This document shows, in pieces, positions 45,369 to 55,401 of a stretch of DNA of 64,000 nt; the first letter of the stretch is position 1; every line of letters begins with the position of its first letter. The DNA is taken from the NCBI GenBank assembly GCA_963776275.1, contig CAVZMI010000018.1:128001-192000 (forward strand), in the 5' to 3' direction. Source of the stretch: Ignavibacteriota bacterium (GTDB lineage Bacteria; Bacteroidota; Ignavibacteria; UBA10030; CAVZMI01). A program made the position numbers and the translations under genes. Below the pieces are notes generated by a model. That model saw nothing but the letters and a program-made list of their open reading frames with translations. It was not told the DNA's origin and made no database searches.

Positions 45369-47804
45369 ATGAAACGATTAATTCTTCTCGCTTTATGCTT
45401 GCTCATTGTATCGGGCTTTTCATTCGCTCAATCTGGTATAACGGCATACCATGAACAGCGGCAGTTCCAGCTCGCACCGCCGGGGGCGTTAAAATTCGGT
45501 CTCTATGGATTCGATAATCCGGCTCTTCTTGTATATGCCAACAAGCCGGACCTGTATTTCACCTGGTCGGATGCAGATGGGAAATGTACCGATTTTAACC
45601 GGTGGGGAGGCTTTTTTGCACTTCGAGGAATTGGAATCGGAGCTATTCATAACAATGGACCGCTTGGTTCAGTCACGGATTATCGGATTTCTGTAAGCGG
45701 CGGCGATAGAACTTTCAGCACCGGATTGAGCCTCGGTTGGTCGGCAGGAGAGGTCGAAGTGTACAACCGGCAAAGTTTTATTGCGCTCGGGACTCTCAGC
45801 CGTCCGAATCCCTATTTTTCACTCGGTATTGTCGGTGTAAAGTCATTTAAAGGAAAAAATGCCGAAGCAGCCGCCGATCTTGCAGTCAGACCATTAGGTA
45901 ATCAGCTCTTTACTGCATTCATGGATTATGATATCCAGCAAAATCAAATGTTGAAGGATGGCATTTGGAGTGTCGGCGCCGTAATCGAGCCGCTCCCCGG
46001 TGTTCGTGTCATCGGCCGGTATTACGACACGAAAGCGTTTGCGCTTGGGTTCCAATTCAGTCTGGGGATGGTCGGACTCGAGACGCAGGCGAACTATGAC
46101 AGGGATCGACAATACACACATAATACCTACGGCATCCATATCGGTGCATACGATCGAAATGTGTTCGACACTTATTTCAAATTGAAAAAATCATATCTCG
46201 ATATGAACCTGAACGGTATAATAGTATATCAACGATATCAATTATTCGATAACAATAAAACCTTAACGGATCTTTTAAATTCTATCGAAGGAGCAAAAGA
46301 GGATCCGCGTGTTGCCGGCATAGCGATTAATATATCCGGGATGAATGTTAACAAAGAAAAAATTTGGGAGCTTCGGGAGAAATTAAAAGAATTCAGAAGT
46401 GCGGGGAAACATCTGGTCATCTTTATGGATCGCGGGAATATCGATACATATCATTTTGCTTCTGTTGCAGATAAGATTGTCATGGATCCAATGGGGATGA
46501 TTATACTTGAAGGATACAACAACGGACTTACATATCTCAAGGGAACACTGGATAAACTCGGAATTGGTTATGACGAGTGGCGGTTCTTCAAATATAAATC
46601 AGCTAACGAGGCATTGTCGCGTGAAAAAATGTCGGATGCCGATCGAGAGCAGCGTCAAAATCTGGTAAATGATTATTATAAGTTGGCAAAAGCGGACATA
46701 TGTGCATCGCGTGGATTTACTCCGGAAAAATTTGATTCACTCGTAAATACGGAAGTCGTTTTTATATCTAAAAAAGCAATAGAAAAAGGACTGGTAGATA
46801 CTCTCGGAAGATGGGAAACGGTAAAGGACGTTATAACAAAATTGGAAGGAGAACAGAAGGAGTATCGGAGTGCCGGATCGCTTTTAAAAAATCAGCATCC
46901 GTTCGACGGCAGGTGGGGAGAACCAGAGCAGATTGCGCTCATCTATGCCCTCGGCGCATGTGCCATGGATGAAGGTATCAAGGCACGGTCGCTGGTCGAA
47001 GATGTGAATGCTGCGGTAGAAAATCCAAAGATCAAGGCAATCGTTCTACGCGTTGATTCGCCGGGAGGTGATGGATTGGCGTCGGATTATATCGCCGAAG
47101 CGCTGAAAAAGGCCAAAGGTAAAAAACCGGTTATCGTGTCGCAGGGATACGTTGCGGGATCCGGAGGATATTGGCTTTCGATGTACGGCGATACGATCGT
47201 TGCAGCTCCCAATACTATTACAGGTTCAATCGGGGTTGCTGGAGGGTGGTTGTACAACAAGGGGGCAAAAGAATGGATGGGGATGTCGACGGATCATGTT
47301 CAGGTCGGGGGACATGCGGACATCGGTTTTGGATTTACACTGCCATTCATAGGTGCAGGACTTCCGGACCGTAACCTGACGATCGAGGAGCGCGCCCGGG
47401 CGGAAGAGATTATGAAAGATTTGTACAAGGAATTCGTCCATAAAGTTGCATTGGGCCGAAAAAAAAGCGATAATGATATCGATTCTGTTGCCGAGGGTCG
47501 TTTCTATTCCGGGTATGAAGGGAAGGAGAAAGGACTCGTCGATGTTCTCGGCGGACTTGAAACAGCCATCGCGATTGCGAAAGAGCGTGCGGGGATCCCA
47601 AAATGCGAAGAGGTGACAATCATTGAAATGCCGAAAATGGGGTTGATCGACTTCAAAGCCCTGATGCCGAAAATTATGCCTTTTCAGACGCAAATAGTTG
47701 AAGATAAATTTATCGAGCAGCTAAGATTTCGTATCAGCCACAACGGCGAAGTTATGCCTCTGATGCCGCTCGAATTCATTGAAATGGTGCCAATGGAATA
47801 CTAA
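45369..47804 (+). CDS. sppA: Signal peptide peptidase SppA (S49, long type) with an N-terminal beta-strand-rich extension
   Basis: KYKSA; LRVDSPGG, AGSGGYW, TITGSIGV, GLVDVLGG. Confidence 0.88.
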   Translation: MKRLILLALCLLIVSGFSFAQSGITAYHEQRQFQLAPPGALKFGLYGFDNPALLVYANKPDLYFTWSDADGKCTDFNRWGGFFALRGIGIGAIHNNGPLGSVTDYRISVSGGDRTFSTGLSLGWSAGEVEVYNRQSFIALGTLSRPNPYFSLGIVGVKSFKGKNAEAAADLAVRPLGNQLFTAFMDYDIQQNQMLKDGIWSVGAVIEPLPGVRVIGRYYDTKAFALGFQFSLGMVGLETQANYDRDRQYTHNTYGIHIGAYDRNVFDTYFKLKKSYLDMNLNGIIVYQRYQLFDNNKTLTDLLNSIEGAKEDPRVAGIAINISGMNVNKEKIWELREKLKEFRSAGKHLVIFMDRGNIDTYHFASVADKIVMDPMGMIILEGYNNGLTYLKGTLDKLGIGYDEWRFFKYKSANEALSREKMSDADREQRQNLVNDYYKLAKADICASRGFTPEKFDSLVNTEVVFISKKAIEKGLVDTLGRWETVKDVITKLEGEQKEYRSAGSLLKNQHPFDGRWGEPEQIALIYALGACAMDEGIKARSLVEDVNAAVENPKIKAIVLRVDSPGGDGLASDYIAEALKKAKGKKPVIVSQGYVAGSGGYWLSMYGDTIVAAPNTITGSIGVAGGWLYNKGAKEWMGMSTDHVQVGGHADIGFGFTLPFIGAGLPDRNLTIEERARAEEIMKDLYKEFVHKVALGRKKSDNDIDSVAEGRFYSGYEGKEKGLVDVLGGLETAIAIAKERAGIPKCEEVTIIEMPKMGLIDFKALMPKIMPFQTQIVEDKFIEQLRFRISHNGEVMPLMPLEFIEMVPMEY

Positions 47805-47819
47805 CAAAGAGATTTTAAA

Positions 47820-47925
47820 CTCTGTGTTCTTTGTGCCGGACGACGAGTACGGAGTACGCTGTGATCTCTGTGTCAGCACTATTACTATTAATTCTATTTA
47901 TATTGAAGGAGTGCAGATACAGATG
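47820..47925. repeat. Partial copy of the right arm of the MITE-like element
   Basis: CTCTGTGTTCT..CTCTGTGTCAGCAC..ATTAATT..ATATTGAAGGAG resembles 35418-35495. Confidence 0.4.
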
Positions 47926-47975
47926 TCGCAGAGAAGAATTGGCTGAGTCATTACACCATGGAGGCAGATACTGCT

Positions 47976-48473
47976 ATGTTCAAAAAATATTTTGATAATG
48001 CCCGCTTCCAGAAAGCATTGATCGTTGTCTCTGCAATTATCAGGATATTTACCGGCGCATTTCTTATGTTTTCCGCCTATGCTAAGTATATTTCTTCAGA
48101 GTTTTACCTGAAATTTATCATGAGACTTGGCATTCCCCCGGATATCGCCTTAAAATCTGTGATTCCCCTGATCATTTTCGAACTTCTTTTTGGCATATTA
48201 TTGATCGTCGGATATAAAACGAAAATAATGTTGCGTGCGACATCTATCCTTTTTCTCGTATTCACATCTGTCGTCACGTACAGCATGATACTCGGTATCG
48301 ATGTGTCGTGTGGATGCTTTGGCCCTTATTTTCAAAGCGAAATAAGTTATTTTTCAATCGGCAGGAATTTTATTGTTGCTATCATCACCTTCCTCATCAG
48401 TCTCTACAAACATTATCCATTCACATTAGATTCGTACTTCTCAAAAAGAATCTTCGATCGGATAGATACCTGA
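47976..48473 (+). CDS. MauE/DoxX family membrane protein
   Basis: RIFTGAFL..AK; SCGCFG; RN motif. Confidence 0.85.
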   Translation: MFKKYFDNARFQKALIVVSAIIRIFTGAFLMFSAYAKYISSEFYLKFIMRLGIPPDIALKSVIPLIIFELLFGILLIVGYKTKIMLRATSILFLVFTSVVTYSMILGIDVSCGCFGPYFQSEISYFSIGRNFIVAIITFLISLYKHYPFTLDSYFSKRIFDRIDT

Positions 48474-48722
48474 TTCTAATGAAACCCGAAGATATCCCTG
48501 TTTCACCATTTTTATAGTACAATGTAAGCGTATGAGACAAACCCCGCTAAATTATTCCTCCATATGGCGAACGGTCGCTAAACATATACAGCCATTTGTG
48601 TAAACGTTATATTAGTAAAAAAATAAAAAATAATTATTCCAATTCTGGTATTATTTTTTTAATATATAACGGCTTATTGTTAAAAATATCCATCACTATA
48701 TATTGTCACAAAAAGGAAACTT

Positions 48723-50129
48723 ATGAGCGGTTTTTTCGGCAGTATTTCAAAAGATACATGCGTGTCAGATGTATTTTATGGCACCGATTATCACTGTCAC
48801 CTCGGCACGAAGAGGGGAGGGATGGCTTTCTATTCGAAAGAAGCGGGATTCCAGCGTGTCATTCACAATCTTGAAGACGGATATTTCAGAAATAAATTTG
48901 AAGACGATATACCGCGCTTTTCCGGTAATATCGGAATCGGCATCATAAGCGACACCGAGGCGCAACCAATTGTTGTGACATCGCATATGGGGCGATTCGC
49001 TGTCGCAACGGTCAGTAAAATTGTGAATATTGCCGAGCTGGAAAAACGCTGCCTGAAGCAGCGGCAGATATTTTCGGAAGTCAGTCAGGGTGCGGTTAAT
49101 CCGACAGAACTCGTCGCTATGCTGATTGCCGAAGGAGAAGATTTTACATCCGGGATACAGAATGTCTACGATCATGTCAAGGGTTCCTGTTCCGTTCTGA
49201 TATTGACCGAGAATTGTATTATTGTTGCACGCGACAAACTTGGAAGAACGCCTGTCGTATTGGGAAAAAAAGAAGGCGCTTATGCCGTTGCTTTTGAAAC
49301 ATGCTCTTTCCCGAATCTCAATTATGAAGTTGAAAAATATTTAGGGCCCGGTGAAGTTATCCGGATTACCGCCGATGGATACGAGCAATTGCGCAGGCCG
49401 AACGACAAAATGCAGATTTGCTCGTTTCTCTGGGTGTACTACGGATACCCGCCATCTTTTTATGAGGGAATTAACGTGGATGAGTGTCGCTACAGGTGCG
49501 GCGCCGCACTTGCAAGAAATGATTCTGTCGAGGCCGATTTTGTGGCAGGGATTCCGGACTCGGGTATCGGTCATGCTATGGGATACAGCAATGAAAAGAA
49601 GATCCCCATAAAACGTCCCTATACAAAGTACACGCTCACTTGGCAGCGAAGTTTTATGCCGCAGAACCAGCAGATGCGCGATCTGGTTGCTAAGATGAAA
49701 TTGATACCGAACGTATCGGTGATTAAAGGCAAAAGGGGAGTTTTTTGTGACGATTCAATCGTGCGTGGTACACAGCTGAAAGATAACGTACGCGATCTCC
49801 ATGAAGCAGGGATTAAAGAAGTCCATATGCGTATCGCCTGTCCGCCTCTCACTTTTCCGTGCGAATTCCTGAATTTCAGCCGCTCCAGATCCAATCTGGA
49901 TCTTGCATCACACACAGCGGTAAAACAGCTTGAAGGCAAAGAAGATTGTGACATGAAAGACTATTCCGATTTCCGCAATGAAAAATATAAAGCTATGGTG
50001 GAACAGATCAGAAAACGACTTGATTTTACAACCTTACAGTATCAAAAGCTCGATGATTTGATAGATGCGATAGGACTGCCAAAAGAAAAACTCTGCACAC
50101 ATTGCTGGGACGGATCGAGCTATTTTTAG
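48723..50129 (+). CDS. purF: Amidophosphoribosyltransferase, variant lacking the N-terminal catalytic Cys
   Basis: MSGFFG start; CSFLWVYYG, GIPDSG, DDSIVRGT, RIACPP, CTHCWDG. Confidence 0.9.
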   Translation: MSGFFGSISKDTCVSDVFYGTDYHCHLGTKRGGMAFYSKEAGFQRVIHNLEDGYFRNKFEDDIPRFSGNIGIGIISDTEAQPIVVTSHMGRFAVATVSKIVNIAELEKRCLKQRQIFSEVSQGAVNPTELVAMLIAEGEDFTSGIQNVYDHVKGSCSVLILTENCIIVARDKLGRTPVVLGKKEGAYAVAFETCSFPNLNYEVEKYLGPGEVIRITADGYEQLRRPNDKMQICSFLWVYYGYPPSFYEGINVDECRYRCGAALARNDSVEADFVAGIPDSGIGHAMGYSNEKKIPIKRPYTKYTLTWQRSFMPQNQQMRDLVAKMKLIPNVSVIKGKRGVFCDDSIVRGTQLKDNVRDLHEAGIKEVHMRIACPPLTFPCEFLNFSRSRSNLDLASHTAVKQLEGKEDCDMKDYSDFRNEKYKAMVEQIRKRLDFTTLQYQKLDDLIDAIGLPKEKLCTHCWDGSSYF

Positions 50130-50242
50130 TGCGAAGCAGAAACGATCGATTCAGATGACGGTTACATCCAACTTCACTCCAACTTCATAAGAATCCAGAA
50201 ACAAAACATGCCTTAGGGCAGTACAGAAATCGTTTGCGTGAA

Positions 50243-50464
50243 AGGTTACCTCGAGACTTGTCCTGAGCCTTCGGCCCGAGACCTCGGCGAGCTCGGTCGA
50301 GCCGCTCAGGCCGAGGGCTTGCCGAAGGACGCCCTGCTCAGCTGAAGCGGAGCAGGACTACACCTCGACAAGCTTGTCCCGAGCCTGCCTGCCGTGAGCC
50401 TTGGGTCGAGCTTGTCGAGACCTCGTCGAACGGTCGAGGGACTCGGTGCATCGCTCGGTAACCT
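50243..50464. repeat. Cluster of nested REP-like palindromes
   Basis: Repeated (C/T)GAGC-n-G(T/C)CGA hairpin units inserted into one another, bracketed by AGGTTACC..GGTAACCT. Confidence 0.8.
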
Positions 50465-50640
50465 GGCTTTAAAACAATTTTGTCGAAATAAAGATAGGCC
50501 ATCTCCCCCTTTTCCAAGGGGGTCTACGACCTGTAAGGAGATACAAAGGTGGTTCGCCAAAACACGTTATTTTATACTGCCCCGAATTGCCAGCCTAAAT
50601 TGCTGTTACCAAAGCTTTTACACGATTGTAAAAATTTCTC

Positions 50641-50680
50641 TTGACATTATGATATTATTATGATATCATTATAATATCAT
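50641..50680 (+). promoter_or_regulatory. Promoter with overlapping ATGATAT-repeat operator (probably bound by the RHH protein)
   Basis: TTGACA-N17-TATCAT; 32-bp near-perfect palindrome ATGATATTATTATGATATCATTATAATATCAT. Confidence 0.7.
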
Positions 50681-50697
50681 ACACAGGAGGAATAAAC

Positions 50698-51573
50698 ATG
50701 CAACCCATTTCTGAAATTCGTGCCTGGCGGTTTATCGGTTTCGCCATGGCGGCCGTTTTTATTATTCTTATCATAGTCGAGGCTCTTCTTTTACGTGTAA
50801 TGATCATGGAGAGAGATATTGGTATCCTCTGGTTCATAATTCCCTTGCTTCTTATCATTGCAGCTATCCCGTCCGGTTTCTTCATTATTCATCCCAATGA
50901 GGCGAAGGTGCTGGTATTGTTTGGAAGATACATGGGAACGGTTCGCGATGCCGGGTTCTGGTGGTCGAATCCTTTTGTCGTGCGCAGACATGTTTCATTG
51001 AGGATACGTAATTTTAACAGCGAACGTTTGAAAGTTAACGATCTGAACGGAAATCCGATCGAGATTGCCGCTGTGGTTGTCTGGCGTGTCACCGATTCTG
51101 CCCGCGCGTTGTTTAACGTCGAGAACTACGAGCAGTTTGTTGCTATACAGAGCGAAATGGCAATTCGCGCACTGGCGTCCGAATATCCCTATGATGCGCA
51201 CGACGACGAACGCGCTTCGCTGCGCGGCTCGCCGCAGGAAGTTGCCGACAATCTGAAACGCCAGCTTCATGCAAAGCTGGAGATCGCCGGTGTGATCGTC
51301 GAGGATTCGCGGATCAGTCATCTTGCCTACGCGCAGGAAATTGCCCAGGCGATGCTGCGGCGCCAGCAGGCGCAGGCGATTGTTGCCGCGCGACAGAAGA
51401 TCGTTGAAGGTGCAGTCGGGATGGTCGAGAGCGCTCTGAAGATGCTCAGCGAGCAACATATCATCGAGCTCGATGAAGACAAAAAAGCAACAATGGTGAA
51501 TAACCTGATGGTCGCGCTCGTCTCGGACCGCGAAGCACAGCCTGTAATCAATACGGGGACACTCTACCAGTGA
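50698..51573 (+). CDS. SPFH/Band 7 domain membrane protein
   Basis: [11 protein letters not shown]; [12 protein letters not shown]; [17 protein letters not shown]. Confidence 0.92.
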   Translation: MQPISEIRAWRFIGFAMAAVFIILIIVEALLLRVMIMERDIGILWFIIPLLLIIAAIPSGFFIIHPNEAKVLVLFGRYMGTVRDAGFWWSNPFVVRRHVSLRIRNFNSERLKVNDLNGNPIEIAAVVVWRVTDSARALFNVENYEQFVAIQSEMAIRALASEYPYDAHDDERASLRGSPQEVADNLKRQLHAKLEIAGVIVEDSRISHLAYAQEIAQAMLRRQQAQAIVAARQKIVEGAVGMVESALKMLSEQHIIELDEDKKATMVNNLMVALVSDREAQPVINTGTLYQ

Positions 51574-51752
51574 GCGAAAAAAAGAAATTCCTTCTGAGGC
51601 TCGACGAAGATCTTTATAATGCAATCGAGAAGTGGGCTGCGGACGATTTACGGAGCACGAATGCACAGATAGAATTTCTGTTGACTGAAGCGGTGAAAAA
51701 AACGAAAAGACTAGTGGCCAAAGGGGAGAGGCCTCTATCAGATTCTAAGTAA
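51570..51752 (+). CDS. Arc-family ribbon-helix-helix DNA-binding protein
   Basis: [22 protein letters not shown]; GTGA overlap with the SPFH gene. Confidence 0.88.
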   Translation: MSEKKKFLLRLDEDLYNAIEKWAADDLRSTNAQIEFLLTEAVKKTKRLVAKGERPLSDSK

Positions 51753-51780
51753 ATGATAGTATGATATTAAGAAATATTTC

Positions 51781-51817
51781 AAAAGCCGGAAGTCTGTATG
51801 CTTCCGGCTTTTTTTTT
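51781..51817. terminator. Bidirectional rho-independent terminator
   Basis: AAAAGCCGGAAG-N8-CTTCCGGCTTTTTTTTT. Confidence 0.9.
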
Positions 51818-51893
51818 GGTATTTTAAAAATAATAGAAAATGTCGGCATGACGAAATGTTTAAAAATCGCTATCTTACACACTCATATGCCGA

Positions 51894-52316
51894 CTATTTC
51901 TCCTTTGGCTTTTCTTTATCTTTCGCGAGGGCAAATTTAAACGGAATAACCACCCAGACCTCAACAGGTTCACCTTTGAGAATGGCCGGTTTGAAACGCC
52001 ACTTAAGAGAGGACTCCAGTGCTGCCGTATCGAGCTGAGCAGCGTCACTCTTGATCACCCTTGCATCTTTCGGTACTCCATCGATACCGACAAGAACTTT
52101 GACGTATACGGTCCCCGTAATACCCTGTGCCTTCGCTTCCGGGGGATACTTCGGGGAAATCTGTTTTGTTGGGGATGGAAGCTCATCAACGTCGATCGTT
52201 TCATCGATACCGGGAGAAGTCCGCTTCTGTTTCTGTCCATCCGAGGCAAAAAGCGTTGATGATAGACAGCAGAAGACAATGATAGTGACAATAGAAGTAA
52301 TAATTCGTTTAATCAT
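51894..52316 (-). CDS. Short TonB C-terminal domain protein
   Basis: PKYPPEAKAQGITGTVYV; WRFKPA..G.PV..WV.IPFKF. Confidence 0.88.
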   Translation of the reverse strand: MIKRIITSIVTIIVFCCLSSTLFASDGQKQKRTSPGIDETIDVDELPSPTKQISPKYPPEAKAQGITGTVYVKVLVGIDGVPKDARVIKSDAAQLDTAALESSLKWRFKPAILKGEPVEVWVVIPFKFALAKDKEKPKEK

Positions 52317-52348
52317 GACGGCACCTCTTAAATTGCAGATGTAAATGG

Positions 52349-52841
52349 TCAATAAATGGTTTTATGATGTAATTCGGGCTTGAGTTCTATCGAACCGTTG
52401 TGAATCTCTTCATTTGCATATACTGTTGCGCCCGGGATCGTATACACATAAACGACACGGGCCGGCATTGCATATTCAGGCATTTGCACCGTAACCGCTC
52501 GTTCCGACGTTTTTTCACTGATGATATAGCCCGCAGCAAAAGCAAGAGTGAGCAAGACGGCGATTAGCGTCCCGAAAGCGAAACGCGGCAAACGGATATG
52601 GAACTCGAATGTAGGGGCGCTTCTTTTCCGTCGTTGTAAACCGTAGATACTCCGGTCGATCTCAGCCGGATAGGGAACAGGGTCGTTCACGGCCATATCC
52701 CTGAACTCAATTATTTCTCTCCAGAACGTTTGACATGTAGGACATCCGAAGAGATGGGTAAACGCTTCTCCGATCGAGGGATCAGTTCGGTTCACCATCA
52801 AAAAACGCACTTAATTTTTCCTGATATTGTTCACAATTCAT
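52349..52841 (-). CDS. Zinc-finger (HxxxCxxC) anti-sigma factor (frameshift at ~52790)
   Basis: MNCEQYQEKLSAFFDGE from 52841, then HLFGCPTC; one TM helix. Confidence 0.8.
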
Positions 52842-53382
52842 GGCATTCCTCACCGTATGTTGCATGGAGAATTGTACTGATCTGTTTCCGGGCTTTGAAG
52901 ATTCTTGATTTTATTGCTGGAACCGAGGTGTGAAGAATTTCAGATATTTCTTCATAACTCATCCCGTTCCACTCACGGAGGACGACGGCTTCCCTGTATT
53001 CCGTCGATAATTGAGAGAGTATGTGCTGGAGTACTCGTGCGCGTTCTGTACGCTCGGTTTCGTCGTCGGGTAGTTCCTGAGATACCATCATTGATAATTC
53101 CTCCTCTTTATTGAATTTCGATCGCCGAAGTGCCTTCAGACAGCCGTTACGAGCGACGGTAAAAAGCCACGATTTCAGCCTCGAGCGGGGATCGGGGTAT
53201 GGGGGATGACTGTACAGCATTATAAATACATCCTGCACAATATCCTTTGATTCCTCCTCGTTCCGTAGCATCCTGCGGCAGAACCGATATAACGGGACTT
53301 TATAGGCATTATAGATCTGGATAAAGGCCGAATCGTTCCCATCGACGAATTCCTGAAGTACGGGCCAATCAGGAGTGTTCAC
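52831..53382 (-). CDS. ECF sigma-70 factor
   Basis: DIVQDVF, SWLFTVARN, GMSYEEIS..AIKSRIFKAR. Confidence 0.92.
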   Translation of the reverse strand: MNTPDWPVLQEFVDGNDSAFIQIYNAYKVPLYRFCRRMLRNEEESKDIVQDVFIMLYSHPPYPDPRSRLKSWLFTVARNGCLKALRRSKFNKEEELSMMVSQELPDDETERTERARVLQHILSQLSTEYREAVVLREWNGMSYEEISEILHTSVPAIKSRIFKARKQISTILHATYGEECHEL

Positions 53383-53415
53383 GTGTTCATCCTTGTCAGA
53401 TTCTTATATTACTAT

Positions 53416-53441
53416 AATCCACAAGTGTTGAAAAAGTTTCC
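53416..53441 (-). promoter_or_regulatory. Candidate autoregulatory ECF promoter
   Basis: Minus strand GGAAAC-N16-GATT upstream of the ECF sigma gene. Confidence 0.35.
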
Positions 53442-53581
53442 CGGGAAGGAACATCCTGTAGTTGCCCAGCAGGGGAAATAAAATGATTTACCTACCTCGG
53501 TTTGTCTTCTTAGAGGACGAATTTAAAGGGAATAAAACCCCGGGTCTGAGCCGGTCGTTTTTGCAGCATCGCCGGTCGTGA

Positions 53582-54205
53582 TTATGTCTTTGGCTCAAGA
53601 GGCAATATTTTCGGAAACCCAACAAAGCGTCTCAAGATTACCAAAATTGATAGCATCGATAGGCATAGCGATAAAACTATAAACAACCAGGTTAGGTTGC
53701 TTCCGATGATGCCCTGAATTGCATAGAAGTCGCCTCTATCGCCGGTGAGAAATGCGATAGGCTCGCATACGAAATCAAATGCAGGCCTGAGGCATAAAAG
53801 CATGAAGACAAGACCACCGATAAAAGGATTCCTGGACAAATCTCGTCGTAAAACAACTATGCCTGCAACAATGCACAGTATATCCAGTAAGTATGGAAAG
53901 GATGACGTGACCAGCTGCTGCCAACTGTGGGTAATCCCGTCAGTTGTGATCCAGGCGCGTCCGAACTCTCCCAGCCAGAATCTTGGTATGAGCTTGTAAT
54001 CGACGACCTTGGCGCCCACCAGGTATGTTCCAGCAACATGGCTGAGCTCATGTAACAATGAGTAGGTAAGATACCAGAGCACAGGTATGCTCACGAGACA
54101 AGGGATGATGGTGCGTAAGGGCCAGTTTCCCTTCAGGTACAGAAAAAGCAAAGGCGCAACGACTACCAACGAGATCTCTAATGTGATTAGTAGTTCTTTG
54201 TTCAT
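53582..54205 (-). CDS. Membrane protein with HExxH motif (M50/zincin-like)
   Basis: LLHELSH within a hydrophobic stretch; GD motif downstream. Confidence 0.65.
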   Translation of the reverse strand: MNKELLITLEISLVVVAPLLFLYLKGNWPLRTIIPCLVSIPVLWYLTYSLLHELSHVAGTYLVGAKVVDYKLIPRFWLGEFGRAWITTDGITHSWQQLVTSSFPYLLDILCIVAGIVVLRRDLSRNPFIGGLVFMLLCLRPAFDFVCEPIAFLTGDRGDFYAIQGIIGSNLTWLFIVLSLCLSMLSILVILRRFVGFPKILPLEPKT

Positions 54206-54287
54206 GAGTTGCCTTTTTTATGGACTGGCGGCGCACGCAATGCCGAGCACCACGCTTTTCCATCAAATGAGTGTTATAGCGCGTTTT

Positions 54288-55316
54288 TTAATGGGTCATA
54301 AACTTTTCAAGTTCGTCCTTATATACAGGGTGCGGATTTAATTCAATTGCCTTTTTCATTGATTGAATTGCTTTTTCTCTATCTCCTGATTCAAAAAAAA
54401 GCCAGGCCTGGGTATCATAGTAATTCGCATAATTAGGATTAATTATAATTGCTTTATGAACCATATCTAGAGCCTTCGCATAATCCTTTTTAATTTTAAA
54501 TGTACAAATCATCCATGCATATTTATTTAATATCTCAGGATTTTCAGGATATTTAGCAAAGGCTTCTTCACAAGTTGTAAGGCAATCAATCTCATCTTTC
54601 TTGTTTTTCAAATCATCTATTAAATAAATATAAGCTTTGGGAATGAAATCATTTTTTGCATAGACTTTGATATATTTCTGCAATTTATCAATTTTTCCTG
54701 TCGTTATTAACTCATTTTCTGCAATCCTGAAACGGCACTCAGCATGCAATCCAAGTTTGTCTTCAGAATCATAAAATAGGACTTTGTTAAAATGTTTGTT
54801 GGCTTCTTCAAATTGATATCTGAATAATAGTTTTCTAGCCATTAAAAAATTACTCATTACATTTAAGGTATCCTTTTGATATTTATCGAGTACATCTTTA
54901 TACAAATTTTTACCGGTAGCAACGTCTCTTAAAAAGTCTAAATACAAATCTTTTTCTCCATCATATCCAATTGTACGCTCAATCTCATTACCGGTTTCAT
55001 CATAATATATTATCGAACTCTGATAAACAAGATTAAAGTATTTGAACAAAGACTCGTATAGTGAATCGGCAGGCGACACTTTAACTATCAGAAAATATTT
55101 ATCCAAGAATTCTTTATTTTTATCATTATCAAAAATGTCTCGTTTCAATTTAATACATGGTCCGCATGAGGGTGCCCAAAATTCAATGACAAGTATTTTG
55201 TTCTCCTTTTTTGCCGATTGAATAGCATTATTTACAAAGTCAATTTCTTTGGCTTCCTGGCTAAATAGTGCCAATGGAATTAAAAATAGTATCAAAATAT
55301 AAAGATGATGTTTCAT
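54288..55316 (-). CDS. Secreted thioredoxin-like plus TPR protein (very AT-rich)
   Basis: Signal peptide; WAPSCGPC; LNKYAW..YYDTQAW TPR. Confidence 0.85.
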   Translation of the reverse strand: MKHHLYILILFLIPLALFSQEAKEIDFVNNAIQSAKKENKILVIEFWAPSCGPCIKLKRDIFDNDKNKEFLDKYFLIVKVSPADSLYESLFKYFNLVYQSSIIYYDETGNEIERTIGYDGEKDLYLDFLRDVATGKNLYKDVLDKYQKDTLNVMSNFLMARKLLFRYQFEEANKHFNKVLFYDSEDKLGLHAECRFRIAENELITTGKIDKLQKYIKVYAKNDFIPKAYIYLIDDLKNKKDEIDCLTTCEEAFAKYPENPEILNKYAWMICTFKIKKDYAKALDMVHKAIIINPNYANYYDTQAWLFFESGDREKAIQSMKKAIELNPHPVYKDELEKFMTH

Positions 55317-55401
55317 AAGGATAATATTTTAGTTAGAAATACCTGTCATTAAGGTAATAATTATTTTATATGTTTTGCAATTATTAATTTGGTGGTTACA
55401 A

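Noticed and set aside
48480-48722. Purine/ZTP riboswitch or PurR box upstream of purF
   Set aside because: Only weak short palindromes (GCGAACGGTCGC, GTAAACGTTATA); no convincing consensus
50243-50464. CRISPR array or small ORFs in the GC-rich repeat cluster
   Set aside because: No regular repeat-spacer period and no cas genes; the units are nested palindromes and the ORFs look spurious
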